64,000 bases of DNA, from assembly GCF_009914755.1 (NCBI RefSeq), contig NC_060926.1; one strand, given 5' to 3'. The first letter of the stretch is position 1. Every line of letters begins with the position of its first letter. This stretch comes from the human T2T-CHM13v2.0 reference genome, Homo sapiens. Shown here in pieces: positions 45,311 through 59,759 of this stretch. Below the pieces are notes generated by a model. The model ran no database searches, had not been told where the DNA came from, and saw only the letters and a list, made by a program, of their open reading frames with translations. The translations under genes were made by a program, and so were the position numbers.

Positions 45311-46289
45311 GAACAGAGAATTGATGTATTCTAAAATAAAGGTCTAGTTTGTTGCTTATCTTTTGGTAACTAGATAGGAGAGAATACTGAGAAACTAAGA
45401 AGACAGGTCCAAAAATGTTCACAGGCAGCATAGTGATGTCTATCAAACGCTGTGAGTTCAAACCTTACCCATCCTTCAAGCCTCAGTTCAAGCCCTCCCT
45501 AGTCTCTGGATCACAATTAATCTCATTTTCATAATGTTTTAACCACCGCTTTAGAACTTAATCCCAAATCCTTTAATAATTCAGTGTGTGTGTGTGTCTG
45601 ATTTTAGGTGATATTTTGACGTTGCAATGCACATCATTGTAACTAATCTAGCTCAGTTTAGAGGAATAAGCTTTTGGCAAAATTTTTATGTTATGCCCAA
45701 AACTCTTCATGAGTTTAGCATTTCACATCCAACCATAAGCAGAGGTAAGACGGAGTCAAAGAACAGGTGCTTTCTCCTTATGCACCAGCAGTGCTGTGCT
45801 TGGCAGCGAAGGGAACATAAGCCTGTGTATGGCATTACCTATACAACCTTCCTACCCAGAGGTCACTTGCTTATTATTATTGAAGTCAACAATTACCTGC
45901 TGGTGGCCATATTCAGTGGAAATCTGTGATTCCTTAATTTACTTTTCACAAGTTGTGACTTTGTAATTAAGACTCCTGTAACAATATCATGGGATCTATA
46001 GTCCTCATAAACTCAGCATTCGGCACACAGTAAATGCTCTGACAGTATTTGTGGAATTCAGCAAACTTTGAAGAAAAGGATACCTTAGAGTTTTTCCTCC
46101 ATGGCCCATGGGACTGATGGAATGTAACAACATTTTATCAATGCGGCCTCTTCAAAGCTCAGTATAGGCAGGGCAGACAGATATTTGGATCATGCTAGAG
46201 AACTGAATTGTAGACCTACTAGACAAAATAGAGGGCTTGGTTTTGTGAAGGAACCACTTTAAAATGCATTGGGGATGACATTGTCATTA

Positions 46290-46630
46290 AATAACCTATA
46301 TGTGGCAGATAGGTGACATTATGCTGCAGAAACCTCCTGAATCTCATCCATGCTTCACGTCCACGGCAGGTCAGCTGGTGGTCCTCTCCATGTCCTCACT
46401 CCGGAACCCTCCCTCTAGGACAGCCACTGTATTGAGTGTTGCTGCCCTCTCTATCAGAGAAAAATGAGCCCTGGAAGGTGTTTCACTGGCAATTACGTGC
46501 TCCAGCCTAGCGGTGACACATACCCCTTCTGGGTAGAACTAACTGGCAGGACTGGTCATGTGATTTTACCCAATATAAGCAACCAGAAAGTGTCAGCCTG
46601 CCCTGGGTCCAAGAAACAAAATTGGGCGAT
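46290..46630. mobile_element. Old MLT1-type LTR fragment
   Basis: tcctctccatgtcctcactccggaaccc...tagaactaactggc...ggtcatgtg resembles MLT1K/L. Confidence 0.45.
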
Positions 46631-47137
46631 CTTTGTTAGCAGCAAAGTGCCTGCTGCCCTGGGTGCGAAGCTGATCGGCCACGGACTATAAGGTCCTCTG
46701 TACCTTAATCTCCTTGCCTCTGAGTGAGAGGTAGCCACATCCTGACTATCACAGCTTTGCAGGCTCAGCTTTGACACCAGTGGCACCGTAGTTTTAGGAG
46801 GAGGGATGTAGTCTAAGGATGTCAGAACCAATTAAGGCCAAGAGTAGAGCACTGGATGTGTTTGGTAGGACTACCATCCAAGAAAAGAAGCTGGCATTAG
46901 AATATAGGCAGAGCGAACAGGCCTGATTTGGGCCAAAGTCCTTATAACAGATTTGTGTTGAGGTCAAATGATATTAGAACGGAGTAGACAAATTATTACT
47001 ACCCAAAGTTGATGTCTTTATGTTCCCTTATAAAATCATAGCAATATACTTGGTTATTTTTCTTTACATTAAAAATGCAAGTCGAGGGGCTTTATTGAAA
47101 TTTCAAATAGTGATTGCAATTTATAGAGATTACATTA

Positions 47138-48750
<1,613 letters not shown>

Positions 48751-49199
48751 TAGGGTCCTAATGATTTAGTGGCATAATTCTGCAATGTCAAAACTTATTT
48801 TTTCTTTGTGTTCAGTTAATCCCGTAATGCTTATTGTAAATGACATTTGGCAATTGTTAAGTTTATTTGATTTTGTAGATCATCCCTTTCATCTTGTTAA
48901 ACTAAATCCTTTTCACCCCTTAATCTCACTCACATTCTTTTTGATAATGCCTTAACATTCGATTCTCTGGGTTTTCCTTAGTATATGTTCTATTGTAATA
49001 TATACCCATAAACATATATTATACTATATAAATTTGAACACATTGGTCTGTTGCCAACCCTTCTATCATATTTATAAGTGCTTTGAACTTTTTCTCCAAT
49101 TAGATGCTGAGCTTTGCAAGCTTATCTTCAGTTAGTCCCTTATCCCTTAGGGAACCATAACATTGCTCAATACACAGTGGAAGCTGGAGTCAGGTTGTT

Positions 49200-49630
49200 C
49201 AGTATTATTTCTAGTTGCAAGCATCAGATACTCTGGCTAACTTTGTCAGGAAAGTAATTTACAGCAAGCATACTTAATAGCTCAAAGAAATGCTAGAAAA
49301 TGTGGAGGAAAAGGGTTGGAAATGCAGGAACCAGATAGCTTTGGGCTTCCACATGGCAGGAACAAGTCAATTGTCTTTGCAGAATCTCACTGCTGTAATG
49401 GATGAGGTTCAAACATTATTTTTTCATCTATCAAGATTTGAAGTCTTGGGAGAGCTCTCCTGATTATTCAAGCTCAGGACAACTACTCACACTTTTTTTT
49501 TAGGGGAAGGTGGGTATCTTGATTTATAAAACCCCCAGCATTATACACAGTGGTAGAGGAGAGAGGTGTGTCCCTCAGAAGAAAGTTGGGGTACTATTAT
49601 CTTTGGAAAAATGGAACGGATCAAAAAACA
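49200..49630. mobile_element. Old MLT1-type LTR
   Basis: ctagttgcaagcatcagatactctggctaactt...gaaagttggggtactattat. Confidence 0.5.
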
Positions 49631-50469
49631 ACAAATGCCTATTATAAAGAATGAGTGATTTAAAAATAAATGGTCTAATTTGACTGTACAATCAAAGTGA
49701 AAGGTCTACCCTCCTTCCTTCAGCTACGCAGACTGCACTAGGGAAAATTAGTGAGCTCTGGCCAAAGCCTGGTATTTGATTTTCCAATTAGCGAGAACTT
49801 CTATTGGTCTGTGATTTGACTTTACTGACACACTCCTGATAAATTTACATCAGTGACGGTAATATCCAGAAAGCTGAAAAGTTCCTCAGTTATAAATGAA
49901 CACTTTTCATTAATATTTAGAGATTAAACTAATTTTTTATGAGCAGATGGAAACAAATGGTAATTTGGCCTTTACTGTGCAAAATTAATAGCGATTAATC
50001 AACGTTTAGGCAAATTTGAAGCAGGTTCTAAGTGCTCAGATTTGTGGATTACCATTGTTTTTTTTTCTTAATTGACTTTTTAGACAACAGTAATCTATTT
50101 AAATGAATGTTTTCTGAGGATGTCCCTGCATCAGGGTCTCCGTTGTTTCCTGGAAACCACAGCTGTGTTGGCCCTGAGATTAATGAGTGGAGAGAAGAGT
50201 TTCCAGCAAAAGCCCTGGTGGGTGAGTTGGGAATGTCCTTCCTCTGACAGCAAACTTTAGATTCAAGGCTGGCTGACCATCATGAGTCCCTGAATCAGTG
50301 TTCTGGGCTGCTGCTTTTTATACTCAATGACAGTTTGGTGGCATTACTATATGCCATGTGATTTTTGGCCTATGCCAATCTACTTTCTCCACAGTCTTAT
50401 CTGCTAACTCCTTTATTTAAAAAAATGGTTAACAAAAGTATATTTTACTTTGACAGGAAATATCTTTGT

Positions 50470-50655
50470 AGGAATAGGAGCAACTTCCTGGGCACGTGAC
50501 CTGCGCGATCACGTGGGGCTTTGTGGCTCAGAAGGTCCTATACTTGGTTTAATATTTTGCAGTTGCCATCTTAAAATTCTTAATAATAATTTTTTAACAA
50601 GGGGGCCTGCATTTTCATTTTTCACTGGGCCCCACACATAACGTAGTCAATACTG
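50470..50655. mobile_element. hAT-Tip100 relic (MER91A-like)
   Basis: cttggtttaatattttgcagttgccatcttaaaattcttaataat...aagggggcctgcattttcatttttcactgggcccc. Confidence 0.65.
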
Positions 50656-51019
50656 TTAGGAAGAAGAAAAAAATGAGCTTTGCATCCTTCTCTTGTGTTT
50701 TCTAGTTTTGATGTTTCTGCCAAACTTCTGCTTTTAAGTCTTCCCATTTTCACAGAGGAGTGTTCATAGGATTCCTCTCTTGCTGCCATGTCTAAGTTGG
50801 GTCTCTCGAATTTCTGAGGGTTCCTAGACTCCTTGGCCTATGGTGGAAATAGTCCTTCCCCTTTGTTTCAATTATGATAAAGCTTTGTTATGACTTTGGT
50901 TTTTGTTTGTTGTTTAGGGAACAAAGAAGTTATGGGAAAACAGAAAGATTAAAACAAAAGAAAGAAAAACAAAAGTTAACAAAAGATAAAAGAAACAAAA
51001 GATAAGATGGTGACAAACT

Positions 51020-51400
51020 ATATTTTAGTCTGTTTGTACTGCTTTAACAAAATACATAAAACTGGGTAATTTATAAAAAAAGAGGAGTTTACTTTTTTTG
51101 CAGTTCTGGAGGCTGGGAAGTCCAAGGTCAAGGCACTGGCCAGTTCAGCACCTGGTGAGGGCCCAGTCTCTCCTTTCGGGACGGCACCTTGTTGCTGTGT
51201 TCTTCCATAACAAGAAGTGAAAGAGCAAAAAGGAGTTGAGTGCTCAGCACAGCCACTTTTATTAGAGACTTAATCCCATTCGTAAGAGAGGAGCCCTCGT
51301 GACCTAATCACCTGCTAAAGGCCCCACTTCTTAATACTATTGTATTGGAGATTCAGTTTCAACATGGGTGCTGGAGGGGACACAAATGTTCAAACAAGCC
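51020..51400 (-). mobile_element. MaLR solo LTR (MLT1A0/MST-like)
   Basis: ttagtctgttt...cagttctggaggctgggaagtccaaggtcaagg...cctaatcacct...gggacacaaatgttcaaac. Confidence 0.88.
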
Positions 51401-51599
51401 ATCTATTCAAACATGGATGTAATCATCTAAGCAGATTGATATTAAAGCCTAGCTGCAGATTCTTGGGCTGGCACAAGATTTCCAGAGCATCCAGGCCCTA
51501 TTCCTTTTCATCACACAACAGTTGTTAGGGCTTCTCAGAGTCTTAGTGTGGGTACAGTGGCATCAGTGCAGTTAAGGTCTTGGGTTCTCATCGTAGACC

Positions 51600-51750
51600 A
51601 CCCTGCCATTATATCCAGCTTTTTCCACCAAGACCAAGTAAAGTAACCTACTTACATCCACTTTTCTTACCTGGAAAATGGGCTTTTGTGAAATCACATG
51701 AGATAATGCAAGTAGACGGTGAAACACAATGTTATGCAGGTAGTAAGTTA
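51600..51750 (+). mobile_element. MIR fragment
   Basis: ttttcttacctggaaaatggg...gtgaaatcacatgagataatgca. Confidence 0.55.
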
Positions 51751-51989
51751 TTAAGGAATGGCAGCTTTCTTGTTAATTTTATTATTTTGGCCCTTTCCCT
51801 CCATTCATGTTTTTGTCTAAAGAATCATATCTTCCCCCGCTTGGCCTTATGCCCTTACCCTCTTCTTCCTGGACAGTCTCTGAAGCTTCAGGAAATGACA
51901 AAGAAACTGCTTTTGCTGCTATTTTCTTGCTCTTCTCTTGACTTTCTCTGACCCCAGTGCCCCATCCCTCTGTGTCAAGAATCTTGAGA

Positions 51990-52460
51990 AGTTTGGTATA
52001 AAGCTCTCTGGTGTCTCAGCCAGGGTTCCGGCCTACTCAAATGAGGGAACTGGGTTTAAGGAAAGAACTGTTTTGTATAAATGTTCAGGCAATGTTAGGA
52101 GGTCCTGCTCAGGGGCAGTGAAGTCATGTTGGGCTAGCACAGTGTGGGGCTGACACTAACCTTTGACCTGGAGGGGTGAGTGGGAAAGGGTGGGAGTGTT
52201 TAGTAGGGCAATGACCCTGCAGGTGCCATGGCCATGGGTGGAAGAATGCAGCTGAGTTCCAGGTGTTTATTGCAGCAACTCTTAGAATAAACACCTGGAA
52301 CTCACCTTCCTGCCTTCCAATCTCCTGTATACATCACCTTACAACAGGAAACTGGAAGGCAAGAGAGCCCATTGAGTCAGTCCATGAAAAGTCATCTTCA
52401 GGGCAATGACTATACTGACAGTGAAGGATGGAGACTAGGTCTGCAGGGGCAAGTCCCACA
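51990..52460. mobile_element. Old MLT1 (J/K-like) LTR
   Basis: ttccaatctcctg...ggaaactggaaggcaagagagcccattga...ggtctgcaggggcaa. Confidence 0.5.
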
Positions 52461-52852
52461 TTTGGGAATAGCTTTCTTCTCCTTGGCCACCATCTTGCTT
52501 TATTTCAGACTCATAAACATTTTTAAAATATAAATTGTGAGAGGAGAATAAAGTAGCATAATTTTAAATTTAATTGCATTTGAATACATTTTTCTTTTAA
52601 TTTCTGCCACTTTTTACTATAGGTCAGAAGTTAATTTTTTATTAAGATATATTCTTTTGTGTGTAAGTGTGGCCAATTTCAGGTTACTGGGGTTAAGAAA
52701 AATAAAAGCAAGAGAAAAAACCATCATCACAACTTCCCATGAAGCACATATTTTTTCTACACATACTATTCTATTGAGTTGACTTCTGACTGCTTCTTGT
52801 TTTTTTGGAGAGGCCATAACTATTGAACTTTAAAGTTCAAAAAGATACCCTC

Positions 52853-53158
52853 AGCCAGGCGCGGTGGCTCACGCCTGTCATCCCTGCACTTTGGGAGGCC
52901 GAGACTGGTGGAACACCTGCGGTCAGGAGTTCGAGACCAGCCTGGCCAAATGATGAAACCCCATCTCTACTAAAAATACAAAAAATTATCTGGGCATGGT
53001 GGCACGTGCCCGTAATCCCAGCTACTCAGGAGGCTGAGGCAGGAGAATGGCTTGAACTTGGGGGTCAGAGGTTGTGGTGTGCCTAGATCGTGCCACTGCA
53101 CTCCAGCCTGGGCAACAAGAGCAAAACTCCATCTCAAAAAATTAATAAATAAATAAAT
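52853..53158 (+). mobile_element. AluSq/Sx-like
   Basis: Full dimer containing gggcaacaagagcaaaactcc. TSD aaagataccctc at 52841-52852 and 53159-53170. Confidence 0.95.
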
Positions 53159-53499
53159 AAAGATACCCTCCTTCTGCATTCCTCCATGGACAGCCTTGTA
53201 ATCTCTGTGGAATCTCCTAAGTCCATTCAGACTCTCCTGAGATTGGCTTCCTGTCGGCCTCTGAGCCTCCCTCTCTGACAAGACTCCTCAAGTCCCTCCT
53301 AAAAGCTCCCTGGATCTCAGCCCTGAAAGCCGAACTTTGATCCCTGATCAGTTTCTAGAGGTTCAGTGAAGATGAAGAGTATCAGTAGGTCTATGGTTAA
53401 AACGGATTCTCTCCTTTTGTGAAGCTCCAATTCTGGCCTTGTTCTCTCAGGCTGGGTCTGGAACTGGTTTCTATGATGGTTAGGTAGTTGACACTTCCT

Positions 53500-53775
53500 C
53501 TTTAGTAAATTCCTATTCAAACCTTCATCTTAGTTTAAATATTACTTCCTAGGCAAGTCTTCCTTGATCCCCCCAAACTAAGCTAAGGCCTTTATATATG
53601 CTACAATAGTCCCTTGTATTTTCCTGTATTCACTGTACTTGTAGCTACACTTTCAATGTTTAACTGTTAAATATTTTAAGTCCATAAGGGTAACACCTGC
53701 ATCTGTTTTGGTCTCAGTTGTATTCCAGCTGTCTTGGCATACTCCCGTAATTCAGCAAGTAATTGTGCTTTCTTG
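53500..53775 (+). mobile_element. L2 3' fragment
   Basis: ttaaatattacttcctaggcaagtcttccttgat...tgtattccagc...ttggcata. Confidence 0.55.
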
Positions 53776-54519
53776 ACTGATTGTTGTCTTCCGGATTAGA
53801 ATTGAATTGTATCAGCTGTGCTCCTTGCCACAAGCAGAATCTTTATTTTCGCCTGTTTCAAAGTTCCTGCCCTGGCTAGACCCCCTCCTTCATTTTCTGT
53901 GTCTTGTTTGAGGGGCATTTCTACCTCAGCTCAAATACGGAGAAGACACACTGGATAAGTTAGAACTTCACTCCCAAGTGCCCTAGCCATGCTGAGCTTT
54001 AGTGACTGGTCCTCGGGTCTCATCAGGTCCCATGCTGGGTTGGGATATGGAGGTCTAGTATTCCAGAGCTATCTTAACCATAGCAGATGCTTTCTACCAG
54101 AGTTAAGCAGAGGTATTATTTTACATGATTGCTGGGATGTGGAAAGAAAGTGGTTTTCTCTCATGCCAGGTGCAGTGACAAAAATGCCAAGCTGTCTCTC
54201 TTCCTTGTTTGACTGCTCCTAGCAACAGCTCCAAGCTTGAATGCTCAGGGCTCATTAGCTCCCAGTTCCTCAGGATGGCATTTTACTGGAGTAGCCTATT
54301 GTCTAATAAGATATTCTTAATTAAGATTACTTGTGACATAGATTTTCTGTAGGCCTTTCCAGACTGTCTCTAACAAGGATTAAGAAAGATGAAAGATTTA
54401 TGAAGAATAAATAGGAAGCTACATTTTGGGGGAAGATTGTTCTGAAAGGGCACACTGTTCCATGGTTCCACTGCAGCACTCAACTGGTATTTCACTAATT
54501 CAGATGTTTGCATTCTCTA

Positions 54520-54645
54520 TAGGACTGTGAGCTTCTTCAAGGCAGGGACCATCATGTATTCATCTTTGTTTATTCTAGTGCTCAGAATGTTCCTGGTATA
54601 CAGCATGTGTTCAGCAAGTGCATGTTGACTTGACCTGAATTGAAT
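54520..54645 (+). mobile_element. L2 3' end
   Basis: gactgtgagcttcttcaaggcagggacca...cctggtatacagcatgtgttcagcaagt. Confidence 0.75.
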
Positions 54646-55329
54646 TTTCAAAAATCAGACATGCTCATTGATGAAATGCCATTAAGAACAAAAGGCTCTC
54701 TAACTGTGTAATGATGGTTGCTTTTTTCAGGAGGTCTTTTTACCATTCTAGTACTGGGAGGAGAAAAGAGTAAGAGGGCAGATAAATTCAACCTTTTATA
54801 GTTGTGTATGCCTTTGAAATTTGAGTATGTTAAAAGAGTTACACACAGGAAAGCCTAGTTTTCTCCAGAGGCAAGATAAACAAGGCTCTTTGTCTTATGA
54901 GCTCCACCTCCCACGTCCCTACGTGGTCTCTCTACTCAAGGCAGTGTTGGAGAATGGCTGACATCATCAGTGCAGGTGGGATCGTGTGTTTTCTTCCCCT
55001 TGGAGTGCTCTGCTATTTTATCTCCACCAATCCATGTCCAAGGTCAACCCAACTCAAAATCTCAATACTCCCAGGAAACCTTTAAATCACCTCGCTTTAT
55101 TTCATTCATCATTTCTTTTGACCCTGCCTCCCAGCATTTAGGTACTGTATTTATTCATAAGTGCTAAAATCAGTATGCATATAAACACATCCTCATATGC
55201 ATCTTTGTAAGGTTATTTGCCTTTTTAATGCATACATTTCTAATTGATTCTATTGGTTATGCTGAATATTGAGCCTGTTCTCAAGTTGCCAAAACTCCTC
55301 TGCTTATTGGCTTTTATCTCTTCCAGGAT

Positions 55330-55470
55330 GTCTCTCCATCCATCTATTTATTTTTCCATGTATCCATTTATTTACCCATCCATTCAGCCATCTGTCTGTC
55401 TATTCATCACCAAACAAACAGATATCAGGAAGCTACTGTGTGCCGGGCACTGTGTTAGAAGCTAGGGATA
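55330..55470 (-). mobile_element. L2 3' end with (CCAT/TCAT)-like tail
   Basis: ccatccattcagccatc...ctactgtgtgccgggcactgtgttagaagctagggata. Confidence 0.7.
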
Positions 55471-55865
55471 TATTCATCTGCAATGAAACAATGTGTCCCA
55501 CCCAGAATCTTTGGAAGAAACTGCAGAAGTTAAGCTCTGATCTTCTGATGCCTTTTATGCCTATGGAAATTTTAAGTCTGCTTTCAACTTTCCCCTTTCA
55601 TTCATATTTATATAAGAGGCTTTGGGAATTTCCCCCTTACTGTGGAAACGTCCCCCATTCCTACCCCTGTGCTGCATGCCATCTCCCCCATGAGCCGACT
55701 TTGCCTAGGAACTGAAGGTTCCTAGCATAGTTGTGTTGAATGGAAGGGGGACACATCTCTGGAGTAGAGCAGGAGAAGCTTTTTCTTCTGGTATTTTCAG
55801 AGGAGCTTAATATTGTTTCTCTAGGGCAGTGGCTCTCAAATGTTTTAATCTCAAGAACTCTTTAT

Positions 55866-56690
55866 GCTTTTATTAGATTAAAAATTAATTTTTTAATTGA
55901 CAAAATAAAAATTTATGGTGCACAACATGATGTTTTGAAGTATGCATACATTGTAAAATTTCAAAATCTAGCTAATTATCATACGTTGTGTTACCTTTCA
56001 TATTTATCATCTTTTTTGATGAGAACATTTAAAATCTACTCTCTTAGCAATTTTCAAATATACAATATATACCCCACACCACTCTCCCACTCCACCTAGC
56101 CCTGGTAGCCACCATTCTATTCTCTGCTTTTATGAATTTGACTTTTTAAGATTTCACAGTGGGCTGGGCATGATGGCTTATGTCTGTAATCCCAGCATTT
56201 GGGAGGCCGAGGTGGGAGGATCGCTTGAGCTCAGGAGTTCAAGACCAGCCTAAATGACTGTTCAAGACCAGCAACACAGTGAAAACTCATCTCTACTAAA
56301 AATAGAAAAAGTAGCCCAGCATGGTGGCACAAGCCTGTAGTCCCAACTACTTGAGAAGCTGAGGTGGGAGGACCGCTTGAGCCCCAGCAGTTCAAGGGTG
56401 CAGTAATTGCGCCATTGCATTCCAGCCTGGGAGACAGAGTGAGACCCTGTCTCGAAAATAAAATAAAATAAAATAAAATAAGATAAAATAAAATAAAATA
56501 AAATAAAATATTAGCATAATGTCCTCTAGGTTTATCCATGTTGCTGCCAATGACAGGATTTCCTTATTTCTTAAGTCTGAACAGAATTCCATTGTGTACG
56601 TATACTGTATTTTCTGTATCCATTTATCCACTGATGAGCACTTAGGTTCATTCCATGTCTTGGCTATAGTGCTGGAATAAACATGGGAAG
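55866..56690 (-). mobile_element. L1MA-type 3' fragment inserted in the Charlie element
   Basis: L1MA 3' UTR in antisense. 11-bp TSD gaactctttat at 55855-55865 and 56691-56701. Confidence 0.85.
56161..56510 (+). mobile_element. AluJ with (TAAAA)n tail
   Basis: J-type gggaggatcgcttgag, pentameric tail. No TSD found. Confidence 0.92.
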
Positions 56691-58145
56691 GAACTCTTTA
56701 TACTCTTAAAAACTATTAAGGACACTAAAGGCTATACGAAATATACTGTATTAGAAGCTAAAATGCAATAAAACATATTTATTAATTCACTTAAAATAAC
56801 AGTAAACTCATTACATGCAACATTATATTTTAAAATAAAGTAACTATATTAAGTGACTGTTAATATCTTTTCTAAAACAAAAAAAGTAGCAAAAAGAATG
56901 GCATTAATTTGCTTTTGTGTAAATCTCTTTAATGTCTGGTTTAATAGAAGACAGTTGTATTCTCATTTCTGCTTCTGCATTTGATCTGTTCAAGTATGTC
57001 AATTTGGTTGAATTATATAAATAAATCTGACCTTGCACAGATATGTAGTTGGAAAAGGAGAAATATTTTAATAGTCTCTTCAGATAATTATGAATATTCT
57101 TCTTTGATATTATACTAAAATTCTATAAGTGATCATTCTTAAAGTTTAGTTGCCATGTGAATTCTGAAACCATATCAGTGTTTAAATGTCAGGAAGCCAT
57201 CAAACTTATGGTGGTAGATATAAATTCTTCAAAATTCTAATTTTTATTTTAAAGATGAAATTTAATTATTGGCAGCAAAGATATCAATTTTTTTGGAAGT
57301 ATAAGGATCGCTTAATTCATTTTTTGAGAAAATGTCTACTACATATCCACATCTGGCTAATCACAGTTTTCCACTCTTCTTTCAAAAAACAGGTATTCCA
57401 TGAAAAAAGGGGCTAGTTTAGCTTGCAACTGGAACAATACACATGAGTGTTTTTTTTTCTGTAGACAACTATTGTCATTTGGCATATAGTATGTATATTT
57501 CCCATTTTATTATACAGAATATTTAAAAGATGTGTATTCAAAGTTGTGGTTTAATGAAATGTTTACTGCTTCATCATGGATGTTCTTAAGTGAAACTGGC
57601 ATTTTTCTTTAATGTGAGTGAGTGCTGGGGAAGAATCTGAAGATTATCAGTACAGCATTGTCATATTGATTTGGGCTAAGGAATCAGAAGTTTTTAATCT
57701 ACCATTGCTGTTGGACCATCAGTGCAATGTCGGTGTAATGAAAAAGTAAATAGAATCACAGGATGATTGTGAAAATAGTATTGACCTTGAGGACCCCTTG
57801 AAAGTGTCTCAGTGGTTTCCTGGGGTCTTTGGACCATACTTTGAGAACAATTTCTTTAAGAAAATAATTTTATCAATGTTAACAAGGTAGAGAAATTTTC
57901 GCTGAATCTAGAAAACTTATCATTCTATGTAACATATCTTTATGTGAAAAAATGCACAGAATTCTCAACATCTGACTTATTAAGATACTCAGAAAATACA
58001 CTCCATTTATAAGTTAAGTATGGCTTGCATATTTCAATGGTATGTATAGTGCACCTGTCTCCTAATTTACATGATGCTTAGTTTCTTGAAAAGAAGTAGT
58101 AATTAAAAAGCACTTAAAACAAAATGAACTTTTTTATAAGAATTA

Positions 58146-58221
58146 AAGGAAAGGAAAGAGATGCATTTCAGTGAATTAGACAAAAGGAAGGAGGAGATGC
58201 ATTTCAGTGAGTTAGATAAAA
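58146..58221. repeat. Two-copy ~38-bp tandem duplication
   Basis: aaaggaaaggaaagagatgcatttcagtgaattagacaa / aaggaaggaggagatgcatttcagtgagttagataaa. Confidence 0.9.
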
Positions 58222-58654
58222 TAAAGTCTCATCCTTTTGCTATAATGCACTATTCCCAGTAAATATTTCTAGACAAAGTAAATATAGTAAACAAGGATTT
58301 ATTTATAAAGTAAACAACCACAAACATCACTGACAGTGTTCATTCTAGCCACTCAGGGCATTAACCTGCAGGTGTTGTTAATTCTATTCTCCGTCTTTTT
58401 CATAATAGAAATTCTTGCAAGCCACATTTTTTCTGATTCTCAGTGATGGCCAAGATTTAGTATAGTCTTCAATCTTGACTGTATTATCTCATAGTATTCC
58501 CATTCCCCCATATTTAAGAGACACCTGCTGGGTATGTGCCACTTTTCATTTGAAAGTTTGATTGCATATGTGATGATAAATCCTATTTAAGTAGCTTGTA
58601 GTGTAATTGGCAGCTGGACTAACATCATATATGGGCCAAAGAATATACAGGTTG

Positions 58655-58897
58655 TCAGGCTCATGCCTGCAATCACAACACTTTGGGAGGCTGAGGCAGG
58701 TGGATCACTGGAGCCCAGGAGTTCGAGACCAGCCTGGGTAACATAGTGAGACCCCGTCTACAAAAATTACAAAAATTAGCTGGGCTTGGTGGCTCAAATA
58801 CTTGAGGCTTCAGTAAGCTGTGATCACACCACTGCACTGCAGCCTGAGTGACAGTTTGAGACCCTGTCTCGAAGAACAAACAAACAAGAAGAAAAAC
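58655..58897 (+). mobile_element. AluJ with internal deletion in the right monomer
   Basis: Left monomer and A-linker, then ggtggctcaaatacttgaggcttcagtaagc skips part of the right monomer. Confidence 0.85.
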
Positions 58898-59436
58898 ATT
58901 TAATCTAAGTGTCATAAAACAAATTGAACTGTATATTTTCTATAGAATTTGGAAAAAATAGTGCTGAATATATTTTTATCATCGCTATTAATGAGAAAAA
59001 TATATTAAAATAATGCTTCAGTCACTGAGATCTATTTTCCTATGCCAAACTGCTGCATGTCTTACGTATTTGTTGCCATTTCTTTGCAATTTCATTCACA
59101 GAAATGGAACATATGTTTCTCAGTAATTGATAAGTTTAAGAAATAATAATCTCATCCATAACAATTCAGTCTGATATTTTCAGAACAGAATGTATTTATA
59201 ATAAATGCACATAAATAAAATGTGTATTTTTCAAGACCACATACAAGGACTTCACATGAACAAGTGAGAAGGGTTTTGTATTTAGAGGAATCAGAGGGAA
59301 TAAGTACATAAACAGACCATGAGAGAAGCCTCTCGTAGACTGTTGATAATGTGCCATCAACCAGGGACCACGGTTAACTCACCCCTCTGCATCTGAATTC
59401 AAAACACAAATTTAACATGTTAAATAATTAGATATG

Positions 59437-59759
59437 GGCCGGGCACCGTGGCTCATGCCTGTAATCCCAGCACTTTGGGAGACTGAGGTGGGCAGATTAC
59501 CTGGGTTCAGAAGTGCAAGACCAGCCTGGCCAACATGGTGAAAGCCCGTCTCTACTAAAAAATAGAAAAATTAGCCGGGCGTGGTGGCAGACGCCTGTAA
59601 TCCCAGCTACTCAGGAGGCTGAGGAAGGAGAATTGCTTGAACCCAGAGGCTGAGGTTGCAGTGAGCTGAGATCGTGCTTCTGCACTCCAACCTGGGAGAT
59701 GGAGCAAGACTCCATCTGAAAATAATAATAATACTAATACTAATACTAATAATAATAAT
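59437..59759 (+). mobile_element. AluSx-like with (AAT)n tail
   Basis: Full dimer. 14-bp TSD aataattagatatg at 59423-59436 and 59760-59773. Confidence 0.95.

Larger units (their letters stand above)
55827..57853. mobile_element. hAT DNA transposon relic (Charlie1a-like), interrupted by an L1 and an Alu
   Basis: TIR-like ends cagtggctctcaaa (55827) and tttgagaacaatt (~57840-57852). Charlie1-like subterminal ggaccccttgaaag...ggggtctttggaccatac. Degenerate 8-bp TSD ctctaggg/ctttaaga. Confidence 0.75.

Noticed and set aside
50895-51010. T-rich then A-rich tract as a terminator or retrocopy tail
   Set aside because: Low-complexity sequence with no upstream retrocopy body or TSD.
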